Source: Caenispirillum bisanense
Lineage (GTDB): Bacteria > Pseudomonadota > Alphaproteobacteria > Rhodospirillales > UBA2165
DNA: 64,000 bases
Direction: 5' to 3'
Assembly: GCA_945877815.1 (NCBI GenBank)
Contig: CAMDWJ010000005.1
Coordinates: forward strand, 15,549-79,548
In this document: piece after piece, positions 28,966-38,134 of the stretch
Layout: every line of letters starts with the position of its first letter
Numbering within the stretch: position 1 is the stretch's first letter
Notes under the pieces: generated by a model
Told to the model about the DNA's origin: nothing
Databases searched by the model: none
The model's input: only the letters and a program-made list of their open reading frames with translations
Translations under genes and position numbers: made by a program

Positions 28966-29658
28966 TCAGTTGACGCCCGTGGCGGCGAAAATCTCGCGCG
29001 CCTTTTCCGTCGCCAGAAAATCGAGAATGGCGCTCACCGCATCGCTCTCGCGGCCCTTCACAGACGCAAATTCGTAAGGCGACGGGTATTCTATTTCCTC
29101 GGGCAAGGGGCCGAGATAGGCAATATTTTTGTTCGCGAGGAATTCGGTGGCCACACCGAAGGCTATTTCGCGAGACGCTTTGCCGGCCGCGAGACGCGCA
29201 TTGACCTCGGCGCCGCTCGCGTAACGAATCGTCTTATCTTCGAAACGCCGGATGAAGCCGAGACGGGTCAGGACGCCCACCATATATTCGCCGCTCGCCG
29301 CCGTGGTATAGATCAGGGTATCGGCGTTTCGCAAAGCCTCGGTGAAATAGTGCATCGAGGAAATGTCCGGTACGTCCGCGCCCTCGCGCACCGCGACGCC
29401 GATCTGGATGCTGCCGACGGGGACACGGCGCGGGGCGAGATATCCTTTCTCCACCGCATGACCGATGGCGTTGTCCATCAGCCCAACTATATCGGCGTCG
29501 CAGGAACCTTGCGCCAGTTCCCTTTCGATATCGGGAGCGTGCGTAAAACTGGCAGCGAACGTCCAACCGTGTTCGGCCTGGAAGTCCTTGACAATATTGG
29601 TGACGCCGGTTTTAAGCGCGCCGGCGGTGCGGACCTTGACGGTGGATGAATTTGTCAT
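28966..29658 (-). CDS. periplasmic-binding-protein-fold protein (ModA/SBP_bac_11-like) without signal peptide
   Basis: VKVRTAGALKTGVTNIVKDFQAEHG...IYTTAASGEY...GVATEFL resembles molybdate/anion SBP folds. The N-terminus MTNSSTVKV has no hydrophobic signal sequence. Confidence 0.6.
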   Translation of the reverse strand: MTNSSTVKVRTAGALKTGVTNIVKDFQAEHGWTFAASFTHAPDIERELAQGSCDADIVGLMDNAIGHAVEKGYLAPRRVPVGSIQIGVAVREGADVPDISSMHYFTEALRNADTLIYTTAASGEYMVGVLTRLGFIRRFEDKTIRYASGAEVNARLAAGKASREIAFGVATEFLANKNIAYLGPLPEEIEYPSPYEFASVKGRESDAVSAILDFLATEKAREIFAATGVN

Positions 29659-29723
29659 GGCCGCACGCTATCGCCCGAAGGGCGATGCGTCCAGCGTCCA
29701 TAACGTTGCGGTTCGCGAAAAGG

Positions 29724-30665
29724 TTAGGCTGCGCGGCGCCTTTGGGTCGGCCGCATGACCTGTTCGATCTGCTGAACGATGCTTTCGGGATTGAGCGGCT
29801 TCATGATGAAGCCGTTGGCGCCCGCCTCCATCGCCTTCGATGTCCAAACCGCCTCGGATCGGACTGACATCACGAGCAGCTTCATCGCGGAGAATTCGGA
29901 ATGCTTGCGAATCTCGGCGCAAACTTCGAGCCCATTCATTTCCGACATCATCAGATCGGTGATGACAAGATCTGGACGGAAATGCGGAAGCTCGGCGATC
30001 GCTCCGATCGCCGTCGCCGTGGTCCGTACCGTATGGCCGGCATGCTCCAGGAACAGGGTGACGAATTTCAAAACCTCGAGATCGTCGTCGACGACCAGGA
30101 CGCGGTAGAGATCCTTAGGTGCCGCGACACGTGCCTGCTCGGCATTCGACAGCACCGAATTGGCGAAGCGAAGACGCCGTGACAGGATGCCCGCCAGCGA
30201 GCGATAAAAGTGCGTGGAAAAATCCGTCGAATGCACGATCAAATCCTGGATCACATCGCGATCGATGCGATAGAGCTGGGTCGGCCGCTCGGCGATCACC
30301 GACGCGCTGGCAAGATCGCCGTCGAGAAAGGACATCTCACCGATCACCGAACCCAAACCCAAACGCGCAAGCTCCACCGCCTTATAACAATTCGGCCCGG
30401 CATGCTCGCGTTTGATAACCTTGGCTTCGCCTTCGACGATGACATACAGAGCCTTGCAGGGCGCCCCCTCATGCAGAATGAAATCACCCGGATTGCACGC
30501 GACCAAATCGGCGCGTGCCAGAAGTGCATCGGTTTCCTGCGGTGTCAGAAAGGTGAACAGCTGGGAAAAGGCGAAATTAAAACGATCCTCGACGCTCACT
30601 TCTGCGGCGGGCGAGGCAAGACGCGAATTGGTGCGCGCGTGTGCTACGGCGCTTTGGGCGGACAT
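29724..30665 (-). CDS. cyclic-nucleotide-binding domain protein fused to a C-terminal response-regulator receiver
   Basis: N-terminal CAP_ED (GDFILHEGAPCKALYVIVEGEAKV...GEMSFLDG...ASVIA). C-terminal REC (VLVVDDD...DLVITDLMMSEMNG...LLVMS...FIMKP). Confidence 0.8.
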   Translation of the reverse strand: MSAQSAVAHARTNSRLASPAAEVSVEDRFNFAFSQLFTFLTPQETDALLARADLVACNPGDFILHEGAPCKALYVIVEGEAKVIKREHAGPNCYKAVELARLGLGSVIGEMSFLDGDLASASVIAERPTQLYRIDRDVIQDLIVHSTDFSTHFYRSLAGILSRRLRFANSVLSNAEQARVAAPKDLYRVLVVDDDLEVLKFVTLFLEHAGHTVRTTATAIGAIAELPHFRPDLVITDLMMSEMNGLEVCAEIRKHSEFSAMKLLVMSVRSEAVWTSKAMEAGANGFIMKPLNPESIVQQIEQVMRPTQRRRAA

Positions 30666-30833
30666 GTTGGGACTCCTCTAAATTGACGCCCAAGTGTGGC
30701 CCCCGAATAGTCTTCGATTCGTTAAAATCCAGACGAAAGACGTTTTCGTAAATCACGAACGAGCGTAAGTAGGAATCACAATCTGGTGCTGGCACCGAAC
30801 GCTTCTATCCGCGCCACAATTCTCGGAGATCCC

Positions 30834-32054
30834 ATGAGTGAAACGCCGACCTTCGTCACACATCTCGAATGCAGCTTGACCGGGGAACACTATCCCGCCG
30901 ACACACTCCACGGTCTATCGAAAGCCGGAAAGCCACTACTGGTGCGATACGATCTCGAAGCCCTATCGAAATCCGTGACAAAAGAGACAATCGGCGCGCG
31001 CATTCCTGAATTTTGGCGCTACCGGGAGTTCCTTCCCGTGCGACACGCCGAGAATATCATACGGCTCGGCGAAGTGATGACGCCGATCCTGCCGCTTCCC
31101 AAAATTAGTAAACGTCTCGGCGTCACCGAAATCCTTGTTAAGGATGAAGGACGCTTGCCTACCGGGTCGTTCAAGGCGCGCGGCCTGGCGCTCGCCGTCA
31201 CGATGGCGAAGGAACTCGGCGTCAAACGCATGGCGATGCCAACGAACGGCAATGCGGGGGCGGCCCTCGCCGCCTATGGTTCGCGCGCCGGGATCGAGAC
31301 CTACATTTTCTGCCCCGACGACACGCCCGAGGTGAACGTGCGCGAGATCGCGCTGCAAGGCGGCAAGACCTTTCTCGTCAACGGCCTCATCGACGATTGC
31401 GGTAAAATCGTCGGCGCCGGCAAAGAGACGATGAATTGGTTCGACGCGTCGACCCTGAAGGAACCCTATCGCATTGAGGGCAAGAAAACGATGGGACTGG
31501 AATTAGCCGAGCAATTGGGTTGGGAGGTTCCGGACGTGATCCTCTATCCGACCGGCGGCGGCACCGGCCTGATCGGCATGTGGAAGGCCTTCGCGGAGTT
31601 GGGCAAGATCGGCTGGATCGGACCTAAGCGCCCGCGCATGGTCGCTGTGCAGGCGGCCGGCTGCGCGCCGATGGTGCGCGCCTATGAACAGGGCGAGGAA
31701 TTCGCCACGCGTTGGGAAGATGCACACACTTATGCAGCGGGCATCCGCGTACCGGCAGCGGTGGGCGATTTTCTGATTCTGCGCGCGGTTCGCGAATCCA
31801 AGGGCTTCGCGACTGCGGTGGAGGATGACGAAATCGCCGCAGGCTTAGCCGAAGTGGCACAAACCGACGGCGTGCTGATGTGCCCCGAAGGGGCGGCGAC
31901 CTACGCCGCCTATAAGAAGGAGCTCAAATCGGGGCGCATCGCACCGAACGAGCGGGCTTTGCTATTCAATTGCGCGACCGGGCTCAAATATCCAATGCCC
32001 GCAGCGGGCCGACGTATCGATATCTCAAAGCCGGTGAATTACGCCACGCTGTAG
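30834..32054 (+). CDS. threonine synthase-like PLP-dependent enzyme
   Basis: PLP lysine motif PTGSFKARG, the NGNAGAALAAY region, and the glycine loop YPTGGGTGLIG. Start trimmed to MSETPTF. Confidence 0.82.
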   Translation: MSETPTFVTHLECSLTGEHYPADTLHGLSKAGKPLLVRYDLEALSKSVTKETIGARIPEFWRYREFLPVRHAENIIRLGEVMTPILPLPKISKRLGVTEILVKDEGRLPTGSFKARGLALAVTMAKELGVKRMAMPTNGNAGAALAAYGSRAGIETYIFCPDDTPEVNVREIALQGGKTFLVNGLIDDCGKIVGAGKETMNWFDASTLKEPYRIEGKKTMGLELAEQLGWEVPDVILYPTGGGTGLIGMWKAFAELGKIGWIGPKRPRMVAVQAAGCAPMVRAYEQGEEFATRWEDAHTYAAGIRVPAAVGDFLILRAVRESKGFATAVEDDEIAAGLAEVAQTDGVLMCPEGAATYAAYKKELKSGRIAPNERALLFNCATGLKYPMPAAGRRIDISKPVNYATL

Positions 32055-32056
32055 GC

Positions 32057-32626
32057 TCAGCGGTCGCCCGGGAGCATCCGCTTCAAGGTCCGATCTCCCA
32101 GCAACCAGTGATGGACGAGTGCTGCCGCGCCATGCGCCAATGCCAGGAAGAATAGGGCATTGGCCATAGCCTCATGGGCTTCCTTCACGCTGCGTGCCGT
32201 CGCGCGTCCGCCCGACATAGGCGATGCGATCTCGAACAGGCCGAAAATAGGCAATACCTCGCCGCTGGCGAATCGGAAGGCGACACCTGAAAGTGGGGCC
32301 AGCACCAGCAATACCAGAAGAAGGTAATGGGTCAACGACGCCAGACGGTCAGCCCAGGGGCCCAATGCGGTCGGTTCAGGCTTCGGCTTCGGATCCTGCA
32401 ACCGCCACAGCAAGCGGATCGCCAGCACGGCGAGCACGGCAAGGCCAACGAAAATATGGGCGAGGATGCCCGGCGCGCGCGGTCCATCGCCACCGAGGTC
32501 TTCACCGATCTGGCCTAGAATCCATGCCGATGCGACGAGAACGACCGTCAGCCAGTGCAAGATTTGCGCGACAGCACCATAACCGCGCGATGAATTTCGC
32601 ATATGCATCGTTTTCTCCACTGACAC
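32057..32626 (-). CDS. cytochrome b561 family protein
   Basis: YGAVAQILHWLTVVLV with the conserved His, four TM helices, and paired His residues (HIFVG, HYLLL, HGAAALVHH). Confidence 0.8.
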   Translation of the reverse strand: MSVEKTMHMRNSSRGYGAVAQILHWLTVVLVASAWILGQIGEDLGGDGPRAPGILAHIFVGLAVLAVLAIRLLWRLQDPKPKPEPTALGPWADRLASLTHYLLLVLLVLAPLSGVAFRFASGEVLPIFGLFEIASPMSGGRATARSVKEAHEAMANALFFLALAHGAAALVHHWLLGDRTLKRMLPGDR

Positions 32627-32766
32627 CGCGCCGCCAGCCTTCGCTAGTTCTAGGGCAACCCGGGATCAATGCTTTGATCCAGGTCAATTTCCGCCTCGAT
32701 TGACGAATTTCGTTGATCCTGTCATTTTTCGGCCTAACTCAAAGACAGAATCACAGGAGTCGCCTC

Positions 32767-33783
32767 ATGGCTGAGATCGTTGGCGGGATGGGCTCGTCGC
32801 ATGGACCGCTGCTTATCCTTCCCGCCGAAAGTTGGCCTCTGCGCGCCAATTTCGACCGCAACCTGAAGGAGCATCATTTCCGGGGCGGCGTTTACGATTT
32901 CCCGCAGCTGCTCGCCAAGCGCAACAGCGAACAGGAATATTTCGAAAAGGAAATCCGCCCTGAGGTCCGCGAGGAACGGTTCAACCGCTGCCAGGTTGCG
33001 CTCGATGCGCTCGGCGAGGCGGTGAAAAAGTTCAAGCCGGACGTCCTCGTGCTCATCGGTGACGATCAACACGAATGGTTCTTTGACGACGTGCAGCCGA
33101 GCTATTCGATCTTCTCCGGCGATAAGGTTTTGAATACGGGCTACGAGCCCGCGAAACATGCGCATAAGGATCCGGCCGTGCAGCTCGTCGAGTCGCACCG
33201 CCATACCCCGGTCGATACCTGGTACGAATGCGTGCCCGACCTTGCCAACACCATTGTTGCCGAATGCATGGAGTCGGAATTCGACGTAACCGCGTCGGAG
33301 AAAGTGCCGGAAGGCCCGGAAGGTCCGCGCGGCATCGGCCACGCCGTCAGCTTTATCTATCGCCGAATCCTGAAGGACAAGGCGATCCCGCTGGTACCGG
33401 TGCTCATCAACACCTTCTTCCCGCCGAATCAGCCGACGCCGAAACGCTGCTTCGAACTCGGCCAGGCGATCGGCCGCGGCATCCAGAAATGGGATACCGA
33501 CAAGCGCGTGCTCGTCGTAGCGTCGGGCGGTCTGTCACACTTCGTCATCGACGAGGCCTGGGACCGCAAGATGCTGAAGGCGATGCAGACCCGCGACTAC
33601 AAGACGATCACGAGCGAGCCCAACATCATCTTCAATTCGGGAACGTCCGAGACCAAGAATTGGATCGCGACGCTAGGCGTTCTGTCGACCACGAACTACG
33701 AGATGAACCTGCTCGATTACGTGCCGTGCTATCGCTCCGAGGCCGGCACCGGCAACGCTATGGCCTTCGCCACTTGGCAATAA
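32767..33783 (+). CDS. class III extradiol ring-cleavage dioxygenase (LigB family)
   Basis: MAEIVGGMGSSHGP start and the DQHEWF, GIGHAVSF and ASGGLSH motifs typical of LigB/gallate-protocatechuate 4,5-dioxygenase-like enzymes. Confidence 0.8.
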   Translation: MAEIVGGMGSSHGPLLILPAESWPLRANFDRNLKEHHFRGGVYDFPQLLAKRNSEQEYFEKEIRPEVREERFNRCQVALDALGEAVKKFKPDVLVLIGDDQHEWFFDDVQPSYSIFSGDKVLNTGYEPAKHAHKDPAVQLVESHRHTPVDTWYECVPDLANTIVAECMESEFDVTASEKVPEGPEGPRGIGHAVSFIYRRILKDKAIPLVPVLINTFFPPNQPTPKRCFELGQAIGRGIQKWDTDKRVLVVASGGLSHFVIDEAWDRKMLKAMQTRDYKTITSEPNIIFNSGTSETKNWIATLGVLSTTNYEMNLLDYVPCYRSEAGTGNAMAFATWQ

Positions 33784-34658
33784 TGCCCTCCAAGCAAGAG
33801 CCCGTCGCGATCGACAGCGACGGACTCAAGCTCTCCGCCGTCGTCCACGTCCCGTCCGATCTGAAACCCGGCGAGAAACGCGCGGCGGTCCTCATTTTGC
33901 ACGGCTTCGGCGGTCACAAGGACGGGCCGCAGCAACGCTGGTCATCGAACCAGTTCGTAGCCTGGGGCTATATCGCCGTGCGTCTCGATTATCGCGGCTG
34001 CGGCGAGAGCGAGGGCAAACGCGGCTGGACCCTGCCAATGGAACAGGTCGCCGATACGCGCAACGCCATGACCTATTTGGCTGGCCGGACTGACGTCGAT
34101 GCGTCGCGCATCTGCCTGCTCGGCACCAGCTACGGTGCGTCGGTCGCCATCTGGACGGCTGCGGCGGATGAGCGCGCCTGCGCGGTGATCTCGCAGGGCG
34201 GCTGGGCCAACGGCGAGCGCAAGGCGCGCGAGCAGCATGCGAGCCCGGAAGCCTGGAAAAAATTCTCCGACATGCTGGAGAGAGGACGCGCCCACAAGGC
34301 GAAGACCGGCGAATCCATGATGGTCGATCGCTACGACGTAGTGCCGGTGCCAGAACATCTGCGCGCCAATATCGATTCGCGCTCGATCTTCCAATTTCCC
34401 GTCGATACGCCCATCGAAACCTTCGCCTTCCATCCCGGCGACATGATCGCCAAGGTGGCGCCCCGCCCCATCCTCCTCATGCATGCCGCGAACGACCGGG
34501 TAACCCCGGTGAACGGCGCGATCGAACTGTTCCAGGCGGCGAAACAACCGTGTGAGTTGTATCTGATGTCCGACGTCGATCATTTCATGTTCGGCGAGGA
34601 CAATCCGCGGGTTATCCACTTCGTCAAAGACTGGCTCGACCGTTATTTTCCGGCATAA
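33783..34658 (+). CDS. alpha/beta hydrolase
   Basis: HGFGGHK oxyanion region, nucleophile elbow GTSYG, and C-terminal D/H (NDRVTP, DHFMF). Its ATG overlaps the LigB stop (TAATG). Confidence 0.8.
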   Translation: MPSKQEPVAIDSDGLKLSAVVHVPSDLKPGEKRAAVLILHGFGGHKDGPQQRWSSNQFVAWGYIAVRLDYRGCGESEGKRGWTLPMEQVADTRNAMTYLAGRTDVDASRICLLGTSYGASVAIWTAAADERACAVISQGGWANGERKAREQHASPEAWKKFSDMLERGRAHKAKTGESMMVDRYDVVPVPEHLRANIDSRSIFQFPVDTPIETFAFHPGDMIAKVAPRPILLMHAANDRVTPVNGAIELFQAAKQPCELYLMSDVDHFMFGEDNPRVIHFVKDWLDRYFPA

Positions 34659-34694
34659 TCGAGTTTCGGGGGCCTTTACGAAAGATCGTCGGAC

Positions 34695-35315
34695 GTGAGC
34701 GAGCCAAAACGGCGAGACGAAAGTCTCGCGACGATATCTGCGTCCGCGCCGCTCGTACGGGCGACTCTTTGGCTATCCGCCGTCGCTGCGATCGCCACAA
34801 TTTCCGTGTTCCTATTCGCGGATATGGACCTGGTCAGACGTCATTTAAAGACGCCCTATGCATGGCTCGAACTCGGCGCCATCGCCCTGACCGCGTGTGC
34901 CGCGATCCTGGCCGCTTTCTGCTTAAATACATCGCGAACCTCGCCCCGGCGGGTTTTCCTCCCCGTTCCGCCGCTTACGCTATGGCTGATCGTTTGCGCC
35001 TACGATTGCCTGAGGCACGTCACCCTGGTCGGGGCCGAGGCGTGGGATTTAGGCGATAGCCCGCACTGCGTCCTTTTCATTCTCGCCATCAGCATTCCGC
35101 TCGGCATTAGCGTGATGGCGACGTATCGTCTACGGCCGGGCCGCTCGTCTGCCCTCGCCGGGCTCGGCGTTGCAACATTCGCAATCTGCCTGCTGCAGTT
35201 CTTCCACCCGTTCGATTCGAATCTCACAGACCTGATCGCGCATATAACAGCGGCGGCGATCGTAGTCGGCGCGATGACTTATTCGGCGCAGCTCATGCCA
35301 ACGATTCGAAGCTGA
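34695..35315 (+). CDS. NrsF-family (DUF1109) anti-sigma-F paralogue, orphan copy 1
   Basis: Six-TM pattern with family motifs DSPHCVLFILAISIPLG and LLQFFHPFD. Paralogous to the gene at 39106-39741. GTG start. Confidence 0.75.
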   Translation: MSEPKRRDESLATISASAPLVRATLWLSAVAAIATISVFLFADMDLVRRHLKTPYAWLELGAIALTACAAILAAFCLNTSRTSPRRVFLPVPPLTLWLIVCAYDCLRHVTLVGAEAWDLGDSPHCVLFILAISIPLGISVMATYRLRPGRSSALAGLGVATFAICLLQFFHPFDSNLTDLIAHITAAAIVVGAMTYSAQLMPTIRS

Positions 35316-35380
35316 AATTCACTCGACGAAATTGCACTCGGATTCTGCCGGGCCAGGCCAGACCTCGGGTTATCCACAGG

Positions 35381-36076
35381 GTGAAGAATCGACTCGAACA
35401 GTATTTGTTGTCCGCACAGTCAGCAGATATCGCGCGAAAGACCCGAACCGTGACAGAGACGAAACGCCGTAGCGACCGCCTCGCCACACATACTGCGTCT
35501 GCTCCGCTGACCTGTGCGATGGTATTTCTCGCAACCTTGGCGTTTGTCGGCGGTTTGCTCGGCTATTTATTCGCCGACCATGATGAGTTGGCGCGCCAAA
35601 TCCGCGACCCGCGCGCAGCGTTCGAATGGTTCGGCGCGGGACTAACGACCGTCGGCGCGATCTTGGCGACGTTTCGCATGCATGCGCATGGCCCCACCGC
35701 ACTGTGGCGCGCCGGACCTTTGCTGACCTTCGCGACCTGGCAACTCGCGACGATTTATCTTTGCCATGACATCCCCACGGAGAAGCCCGCCGAACAGATT
35801 CTTTATGGACACAGTCCCGACTGTTTCCTGTTCATCCTGGCGATCAGCATTCCAGTAAGCAGCGCGTTGTTCTGGGTGTTGTGCCAACACCGCATCCCGC
35901 TCGGCAGTTCCGTGGCGGCCATGGCGGGCTTAAGTGCCGCGGCGGCATCGATCTGGCTCATGCAGTTCTTCCACGCGTTCGAGATGAATATCGGTGATTG
36001 GTCGATCCACTTCGCCGTGATCGGCATCGTCGTCGGATGTGCCGCTTATGCACGGCACATACTATCCAGCGATTAG
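35381..36076 (+). CDS. NrsF-family (DUF1109) anti-sigma-F paralogue, orphan copy 2
   Basis: Motifs HSPDCFLFILAISIPVS and LMQFFHAFE with the same TM layout. The GTG start is uncertain. Confidence 0.72.
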   Translation: MKNRLEQYLLSAQSADIARKTRTVTETKRRSDRLATHTASAPLTCAMVFLATLAFVGGLLGYLFADHDELARQIRDPRAAFEWFGAGLTTVGAILATFRMHAHGPTALWRAGPLLTFATWQLATIYLCHDIPTEKPAEQILYGHSPDCFLFILAISIPVSSALFWVLCQHRIPLGSSVAAMAGLSAAAASIWLMQFFHAFEMNIGDWSIHFAVIGIVVGCAAYARHILSSD

Positions 36077-36495
36077 TGTTCGATCTTGCGCACAATGAGG
36101 TGATCGAGCGAAATAGTGCCGGGCCCTCGCGTCAAAATGTAGCCGAGCATCGCGACCCACATAAGATGCGCGTTCCAGGATTCCGGATATACAAAGATCT
36201 GGATCACCACCGTCATTGCCAGCAACGGCAAGGTCGCTAGGCGCGTCGCTATACCAAGCAGCAAGAGTACAGGGCATGACAATTCCACTGCGGTCGCGAA
36301 CATCGCCGCAAGTTCGGGCGGCAGAAAAGGCACGCGATATTCGTCGCGAAACAGGACGATCGTCGTCTGCCAGCTGTCGATTTTGGTGAGGCCAGAATGC
36401 CAAAAGACTCCACCCACGGTCAGGCGGAACACAAACTGAAAAATCGATAGCGGCAGTCGCTCCATTTCCATCAACAATGATTTGAGATTCAACAT
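36073..36495 (-). CDS. DoxX-family membrane protein (last gene of the DUF2282/MNIO operon)
   Basis: RLTVGGVFWHSGLTKI...FATAVELSCPVLLLLGIATRLATLPLLAMT is a typical DoxX sequence. It starts 5 nt after the DUF2063 stop. Confidence 0.8.
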   Translation of the reverse strand: MLNLKSLLMEMERLPLSIFQFVFRLTVGGVFWHSGLTKIDSWQTTIVLFRDEYRVPFLPPELAAMFATAVELSCPVLLLLGIATRLATLPLLAMTVVIQIFVYPESWNAHLMWVAMLGYILTRGPGTISLDHLIVRKIEH

Positions 36496-36499
36496 CGTC

Positions 36500-37282
36500 T
36501 TAGGCACTCCCAACCAAGTTAAATCCCGCGATCGCGCCTTCGATGAACAGAGCCGCGCATTCCGCATTCACATCGAACTCGCCCTCTACGCCGGCGACAG
36601 CCTCAATGGCATCGCCGAGGGCGGTTCCGCCGTCCAGCGCGGCGCGAAAAGCGAAGGTTGCCGGTGCGAGCTCGCGGAATTCGACCACGCCGTCGCGGCG
36701 ACGCACTTCCAGCAACGCGCCACCGGATTCTAGATTGACGGGTGCGCGCGCAGTCACTTCAGATTGGTTCGCGCGCCAAATCTCAATGATCGGCCAAGGC
36801 GAGCACAAATATCCGAACGAGGGCTGGAATCGGAATGTCAGGCGTTCGGCATCGGCAGCGGCGAGCCCGCCAAGACTAGCCGGGTCCAATGGCGTCCCAT
36901 CGGCTGCCGCGCCGGCGCGCTGCAGCACCCATTCCAGCCGCGCGACATCAGCGAGATAGACCAATTCGCGGCAGGGAGGAAAATCGGCGAGAAAATCGGC
37001 AAATCGAGCGCCATAACCCGCAACGCAAGGAGTATCGGGCGGCAGACCGCAAATAAATTCGTGGGCCGCGAAGGCAAAAAAGCGCGCATCGACCAGCCGG
37101 CATACGACCGGAAAGGTCTCGGCAAGCGCCGCGCTCAGGGACATCCGGGCATTATTACGATGGATCTCGATCCGTTCGGCGGCGGCGATCCCCTCGACCT
37201 CGATAAATGCGGCCAGGGCCGTCGTGTCGCCGGCGAGAATGGCCCGGCGGAAGTCCCGTTGAATCTCAAGCAGCGAGGACAT
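36500..37282 (-). CDS. bufC: DUF2063-family protein, putative MNIO partner subunit (BufC-like)
   Basis: MSSLLEIQRDFRRAILAGD...IHRNN...LEWV is the DUF2063 N-domain pattern. It overlaps the DUF692 gene by 17 nt. Confidence 0.8.
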   Translation of the reverse strand: MSSLLEIQRDFRRAILAGDTTALAAFIEVEGIAAAERIEIHRNNARMSLSAALAETFPVVCRLVDARFFAFAAHEFICGLPPDTPCVAGYGARFADFLADFPPCRELVYLADVARLEWVLQRAGAAADGTPLDPASLGGLAAADAERLTFRFQPSFGYLCSPWPIIEIWRANQSEVTARAPVNLESGGALLEVRRRDGVVEFRELAPATFAFRAALDGGTALGDAIEAVAGVEGEFDVNAECAALFIEGAIAGFNLVGSA

Positions 37283-38108
37283 GAATGCTCCGCGCGATAC
37301 TTGCCTCGGCCACCAAATCTGCGAGGGCAGGCAGGTTCTTGTCGCGTTCGATCAGGCTCGGCACCGCGCCGAAACGATTGAGCGCAGCCCCGAACAGCGT
37401 CCAGACCTCGTCGCAAATGGCAGCGCCGTGATCGTCGATCAGCAAAGTCCGTTCGTCGATGTCGCACCGCGCATGACCGGCGAGATGGATTTCGCCGATC
37501 GCATCGGCGGGAAGCGTTTCCAGATAGAGGATCGGATCTTCACCGACATTGTGCGCGTTCACATAGAGATTGTTCACGTCGCAGAGAATTCCGCAGCCGG
37601 TGCGGCGGACGAGTTCGGCCAGAAATTCGGCCTCGGGAATGCGCGAATCACGAAAGCGCAGGTAACGCGAAGGATTCTCGACGAGCAGGGATCGGCCGAG
37701 ACCATCCTGCGCCGCCGCCACATTGCGAGTAACGATAGCGAGCGACTCTTCGGTGTAAGGCAGAGGCAAGAGATCGTTGAGATAGGCGCCGTCCACCACG
37801 CTCCAGGACAGATGCTCGGAGACCAAGAACGGTTGGACACGGTCGATCAGATCGCGAAAGCGCCCGAGATGGTCACGATCGAGCCCCTCCGCGCTGCCGA
37901 GCGACAGGCCGACGCCATGCAAACTCAGCATGAAGTCGCGGCGGATGTACATGAGCCGGGTGAAAGCCGGCCCGAAATCCATATAATTCTCGGCGTGCAC
38001 TTCGAGAAAATCGAGCGCGGGACGCGTTGCCGACAACTCATCGACGTGCGGTGCGCGCAGACCTATACCGATCTGCGCCTCCGCCCGTCGTGTTCGATCG
38101 TCGAACAT
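37266..38108 (-). CDS. bufB: DUF692-family multinuclear non-heme iron oxidative enzyme (MNIO; MbnB/BufB-like)
   Basis: IGIGLRAPH, FLEVHAENY, SLHGVGLSLGS, SEHLSW, LLVENPS, CDVNNLYVNAHN, IHLAGH and DDHG are the TIM-barrel metal-ligand motif series of DUF692. Confidence 0.88.
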   Translation of the reverse strand: MFDDRTRRAEAQIGIGLRAPHVDELSATRPALDFLEVHAENYMDFGPAFTRLMYIRRDFMLSLHGVGLSLGSAEGLDRDHLGRFRDLIDRVQPFLVSEHLSWSVVDGAYLNDLLPLPYTEESLAIVTRNVAAAQDGLGRSLLVENPSRYLRFRDSRIPEAEFLAELVRRTGCGILCDVNNLYVNAHNVGEDPILYLETLPADAIGEIHLAGHARCDIDERTLLIDDHGAAICDEVWTLFGAALNRFGAVPSLIERDKNLPALADLVAEASIARSIHVLAA

Positions 38109-38134
38109 GATCGCGTCCCGCGCCGATTGCCTGA

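Noticed and set aside
30790-30805. TGGCAC-CGAAC-GCTTC upstream of the threonine-synthase-like gene, as a sigma-54 (-24/-12) promoter. rpoN is present in the window.
   Set aside because: The GC dinucleotide sits 2 nt too close to the GG (GG-N8-GC instead of GG-N10-GC) and there is no TTGC element. Other TGGCAC occurrences (15023, 48211, 56894) also lack a correctly spaced -12 element.
34500-34526. GTAACC-N17-CGAA on the + strand inside the alpha/beta hydrolase 3' end, about 170 nt upstream of the first orphan nrsF. It could be a second SigF-type promoter.
   Set aside because: The spacer is 17 nt rather than 16 nt and the site is intragenic. A single near-match of this information content can occur by chance. 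It is worth a reporter test but is not called.
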